A stretch of DNA of 63,792 bases, filler included, from Octopus bimaculoides (taxonomy: Eukaryota): the NCBI RefSeq assembly GCF_001194135.2. It is 5 parts of 4 records of this genome, joined end to end, with 100 filler letters (N's around TTAATTAATTAA, not from the genome) between each part and the next. Parts side by side here need not be neighbours in the genome. Positions count along the whole stretch, not along the records: positions 58,674 to 63,792 come from NC_068989.1; 4 more parts are not named here. One strand, given 5' to 3'. Of the stretch, positions 59,299-63,792 are shown in pieces (within the stretch, counting starts at the first letter, position 1; each line of letters starts with the position of its first letter). The notes under the pieces are model-generated. The model saw only the letters and a program-made list of their open reading frames with translations, did not search any database and was not told where the DNA came from. The translations under genes and the position numbers were made by a program.

Positions 59299-60011
59299 TG
59301 CTTATGTTTCTACCAACACACCGCCCTACAACAAGAACTATATTAACTGAAATATGTTGTAGGAAATGTCATTCTTTAGCTAGCAAAATTATTTGAAGCG
59401 GTTATTAACTCATAAATTTTTGAGAAGTAAGTTTATTCCCTTATCCAGTAACACGGCTATTTCAGACAGGAAAAGGAAACACTTTAAATATTTTCTTGTT
59501 ATGCGATAGCTTACTACTCTGTGAACGAATAACACGGCTACATCATGTATATATTAAGATCTTTTCCTTAGGAAATATATTCACAAGCTCTTAAAAAAAG
59601 CGCATCCGCCTCTTTAGTTTTCGTCAATGGATAACAAACGCTGCACAGGTGAAATAGCTGGAGAGTCGTTGAGCCAGAATGCTCCGTAAGGCTCAGGACG
59701 GCGAACGGTTAGAAAATATGAAGTGTTGACATCACCGCTGTTGTACTGTTGGTAACCACAAAAATTCGATGTGAATCGGAGTTCGTCAGTCACACCATGC
59801 ACTATCCTGACTTTATCATTTCACGCGTGGTTCTTGGAAGGCAACGAATGTAGACGTGCTGAGAAAGGACTTCACTTAGGCCAGTACTGATGATCTAAGC
59901 TTTGAAGTTCTGGACCGAGATGTGTAGAGGTGTGTCATCTCGTAAGCCCAAGTTAATCCCGTGGGCTTTGATTTGATGACGACGATATTAGAATGTGGTT
60001 CGTCGACACAA

Positions 60012-60242
60012 GGCGGCGAGCTGGCAGAAACGTTAGCACGCCGGGCAAAATGCTTAACGGTATTTCGTCTGCCGTTACGTTCTGAGTTCAAATTCCGCCG
60101 AGGTCGACTTTGCCTTTCATCCTTTTGGGGTCGATAAATTAAGTACCACTTACGCACTGGGGTCGATGTAATCGACTTAATGCCTTTGTCTTTCCTTGTT
60201 TGTCCTCTCTATGTTTAGCCCCTTGTGGGCAATAAAGAAGTA
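60012..60242 (+). mobile_element. Young family D SINE (tail type 2)
   Basis: GGCGGCGAGCTGGCAGAAACG...GAGTTCAAATTCCGCCGAGGTCGACTTTGCCTTTCATCC...CCCCTTGTGGGCAATAAAG. Confidence 0.9.
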
Positions 60243-60254
60243 AGGATGTGGTCT

Positions 60255-60489
60255 GTCCACATTACTTCTTTAGGAGCAGAGGGCCGGTTTCCTGATTTCC
60301 CTGGCGTATATATTCCGCCCTGGATGCCGGTCCTTCGGAAGAAAATTCATTTTTAGCAGCTGAGTGGACTGGAGCAACGTGAAATGAAGTGTTTTACTCA
60401 AGAACACAACCATCAACCGGTCCAGGAATTGAATCACAAATTTACGATTATGAGTCCAACATCCTGACCACTAAGCTTTGCGCCTCCAT
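60255..60489 (-). mobile_element. tRNA-derived SINE (head B + tail Z)
   Basis: CAGCTGAGTGGACTGGAGCAACGTGAAATGAAGTGTTTTACTCAAGAACACAAC matches head B. Confidence 0.7.
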
Positions 60490-60809
60490 GATATTAGAAT
60501 GTAGTTAGAGATGATAATCAACTGCTGATCAGTTTAAGATTAATTACACATTTCCACTAATCCTAGTTTGCTTATTTTGTAAAGAAATACACAAAAAAGA
60601 AAAAAAAAACCCCAGAAAACCTATCATCGTCTCCAAAAGATAGAATGTATCACTTTCTTAATATTACAGAATCTATATTTTAACATCAGTTTTATGAACA
60701 CCTGAGCTTTGCAACTTCTAATGCCGCGTTCTTACCTTTTACTGCTTTTGATTATCTTTGCCATTATGACTTAGCCCATGTTGGTACCTGACGTGGAGGC
60801 CTAGATATA

Positions 60810-60887
<78 letters not shown>

Positions 60888-60920
60888 GAAAGAGAGAGAG
60901 AGAGAGGGGGAGAGAGAGGG
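60810..60920. repeat. (GA)n microsatellite
   Basis: Direct reading. Confidence 0.95.
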
Positions 60921-61044
60921 AGTCTGGTTGGGGGTGGGGACAAGCCAACTGTGTTACTCGCCATCCAAGGCGTTTCGTTCAGAAAAGTGGTCTGAACAGA
61001 ACAGTCAGCGCTGGCCTACGACAGACAGCCGCCGCCACTATAGG

Positions 61045-61245
61045 CACAAGACCTGACATTTTTTTGAGGAGGGAGCTTGTCGATTATATCAACCCTAGTG
61101 CTTGACTGGTGCTTATTTCATCGATCTCTGAGAAGATGAAAGGCAAAATCGGCCTCGGCGGAGTTTGAACTTAGAAGATAAATCCGGAAGGAAGTCTCTA
61201 AGCATTTTGCCCAAATCGCTAACGACTTTGCTTGCTCGCCGCCTT
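61045..61245 (-). mobile_element. Family D SINE, degenerate
   Basis: GGCACAAGACC...GAAGATGAAAGGCAAAATCGGCCTCGGCGGAGTTTGAAC...CTCGCCGCCT. Confidence 0.75.
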
Positions 61246-61804
61246 CATTGTTACTAAAAATAATATATTGGAAACAAGCCAAATTGTCACAGGCTGTTAG
61301 TACAAGCTTACCTAAAGTTTCTTACAGTACATCGACAGTTATGAGGCAGTCACATCATTTCATTATAACGTCTTCTTCAGCATCCGTAACTCACACCTGA
61401 TATATGTCTTACGTTATTTAATGGCAGTATTACCTTTACGAAACATTTTTTAATTACCCAAATAAAATAAAAAAAAAAAAAAAATTCTCCAAGAAACACA
61501 CGAAAGGAATATTAAATTTTCTTCTGCCTGTAAGTTATTTGCAATGAATGGATGACAACGAAAGCACAACAGAGGCGTACCAACCTGGTGGTGGTGAAGG
61601 GGGGGGGGACGCTGATCACGGTCACATAAAACACTAAGGACCAGTAATACGAGTTGTACATCTAGTATGATGGCAATTCTCCTGACCAAGATATAAACAA
61701 CTATACAGTTCGGCTGAGAGTTGAAATACCTGTATTCGTATAACGTAATCTATTTATGATAAATTTATGGCTCCATACTGTATCCTAGTGAGTCTAGGAC
61801 ATTT

Positions 61805-61961
61805 ACACACCATGGACAATAACTCTCCAAGAACAATTACCCTTGAGGACAACAGATGGTGATTTAAAACTTCTTAATATATTGGAAAGAGGGTAATTAA
61901 CCAACGGGGGTAATTGTCCTAGGGGGTTGTTGTCGTCGGGGTCGGGTAATTGTCCTGATAC
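61805..61961. mobile_element. Small non-autonomous element with GGACAATT/AATTGTCC subrepeats
   Basis: Left GGACAATAAC, GAACAATTACCC; right GGGTAATTAAC, GGGGTAATTGTCC, GGGTAATTGTCC; resembles the MULE termini at 51669/53347. Confidence 0.45.
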
Positions 61962-62049
61962 GATTCTAGTTTACAGTCACTGCACAGAATCATAAATTTT
62001 CCTCTATAAAACCATTTAAAGATATCTTTCAATAAGCGTACCTTTTATC

Positions 62050-62434
62050 TTTTACTTGTTTCAGTCATTAGATTGCGGCCATACTGGGGCACCGCCTTCA
62101 TGGGTGTAGTCGATCAAATCGATTCCAGTATGGTACTTATTCTGTCAAGTGATGGCGATGGTGGCGGGCAAACATAAACGCATACATACATACATACATA
62201 CATACATACATACACGCTTGCGTGTATATATTCTTTTATTTGTTTCAGTCATTTGACTGCTGCCATGCTGGAGCACCGCCCTTAGTCGATCAAATCGACC
62301 CCAGGACTTATTCTTTGTAAGCCTAGTACTTATTTTATCGGTCGCTTTTACCGAACCGCTAAGTTACGGGGACGTAAACACACCATCATCGGTAGACAAG
62401 CGATGGCGGAGGGGGGAGACAAACAGACACGCAT

Positions 62435-62473
<39 letters not shown>

Positions 62474-62772
62474 CGACGGGCTTCTTTCAGTTTCCGTCTA
62501 CCAAATCCACTCACAAGTCTTTGGTTGGTCCGAGGCTATAGCAGAAGACGATGCCCAAGGTGCCACGCTGTGGAACTGAACTTGGAACCATGTGGTTGGG
62601 AAGCAAGCTTCTTGAAGAGCTTCTATACAATTTCTACCAACCAAATTCTCTCAGGAGGCATTCATCGACTCGCGGCTCTGGTAGCAGATATTCGCCCAAG
62701 GTGTCGCGCTGTGGGATCGAATACGAAGCCACTTGATTGCAAAGTGGGCTTCTTAACCACACAGCCATACCT
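62050..62772 (-). mobile_element. Cluster of family A SINEs (degenerate 3' body, young near-complete copy, extra head)
   Basis: 62050-62200 body; 62232-62620 young copy with internal CA/TA repeat; 62630-62772 second head ending CTTAACCACACAGCCATACC. Confidence 0.85.
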
Positions 62773-63563
62773 GGGCCTATGACTAAACACATTAAATCTT
62801 ATCCCCACAAAGTATACTTGTAAAATAGGAGCACGTCTTTTACGTGAGTGTGTTTTATACAGCGGCACATACGGCAATTTCCCTATTTGGGCTGTCGCTG
62901 ACTTCATTAAATTATTTCCTCTGCGTCAAGGAAGCGGTATGTCTATAACTGTAATTTACTAGTCACGAAAGAATCGACCACTTCCTATCTTTCCCACTCT
63001 ATGAAGAGTTATTTCTCTTATTAGGACAGAACCTATTATTATCCGATCCTCTGCGTGAAGCTGGTGAATCATTTGTATATACTTAGAATACATCAGTTTT
63101 TAAAGAGTCTAACTCTTTCATTTCTTTCGAATCTGAAGAACTCGTTGCTCATTGTCGAGCATGTGAATCATTTGTTTACATTTCAGATCCAACATTCGTA
63201 ATAAAGACTAATGCTTTCCAGTCTTTCCCAACTAAAGAAGCGTCCTACACAAATCATTAAATAGCGCTTCTCTACATAGCTTTCTAATTGATATGTTTAC
63301 CGTTTTGCGTTTTCACCAAATTCTTGGCAATAATTTTCTTTGAAGAATGAGGGAAAGGAGATAAAACTAAAGATACTAAGTGGAACACATGGAGTGCGAT
63401 GACTTGGAAATAAACTTTGAGTAGGGGGTGTCAATTGAAAACAATTTTCATTTTTTGTTTTTTAGATTGGAATTTCAAATGGTAAAACTAACTCTTCCAT
63501 AAATCGAAATCGACTTGGAAAAATCGAATTTTCAAAAGCCAGAGGCAATAGAANNNNNNNNNN

Positions 63564-63597
<34 letters not shown>

Positions 63598-63654
63598 AGA
63601 TTATGGCAATATGAAAAATTGAGAACTGAAATCTAATAGATCTAACAGTAAACA

Positions 63655-63792
63655 GTATATATGTACGTACGGATGTCTGTCTGTATGTATGCATATTTAT
63701 ATGTGTATGAATGCATGTATGTATATATGTATGAATGCATGCATTCATATACATATATGTATGGATGCATGCATTCAGATACACACATATAT
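63655..63792. repeat. ATGT/ATGC-based low-complexity repeat
   Basis: Direct reading. Confidence 0.8.

Noticed and set aside
59614-59802. GC-richer 62-aa minus ORF
   Set aside because: No recognisable domain or convincing splice sites; length is within chance expectation
63564-63595. Poly(A) tract suggesting a processed pseudogene
   Set aside because: Abuts a gap and has no upstream coding sequence

Overview
AT-rich, repeat-dense animal genomic DNA from a draft assembly with many N gaps. The SINE families, microsatellite load and transposon mix point to an octopus (inference, not confirmed by search). No complete protein-coding gene, rRNA, true tRNA or CRISPR array is visible. The window is mostly decayed mobile DNA. 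Retroelements: at least five tRNA-derived or RTE-derived SINE-like modules with shuffled heads and tails; RTE, CR1 and L1/Tx1-type LINE fragments; Penelope-like elements (one with RT plus GIY-YIG); and one candidate solo LTR. DNA transposons: two mariner remnants, a DD37D/maT-like remnant, a Tigger/pogo remnant, a FLYWCH-MULE (Phantom-like) element with complex TIRs, and TTAA-flanked MITEs. A few short splice-site-bounded open frames are candidate host exons of unknown identity (minus strand near 0.4, 10.8 and 13.5 kb; plus strand near 22.4, 28.3 and 54.4 kb). The most interesting signals are: several hammerhead-ribozyme-like motifs tied to Penelope-like DNA (one with full type I topology, two with a permuted core order); two long fold-back structures; a Tx1-like LINE sitting inside a tetranucleotide microsatellite; two LINE inversions; and an apparent CpG-depletion boundary near 21.3 kb. 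All alignments and family assignments were made by eye. Boundaries of old elements are approximate.
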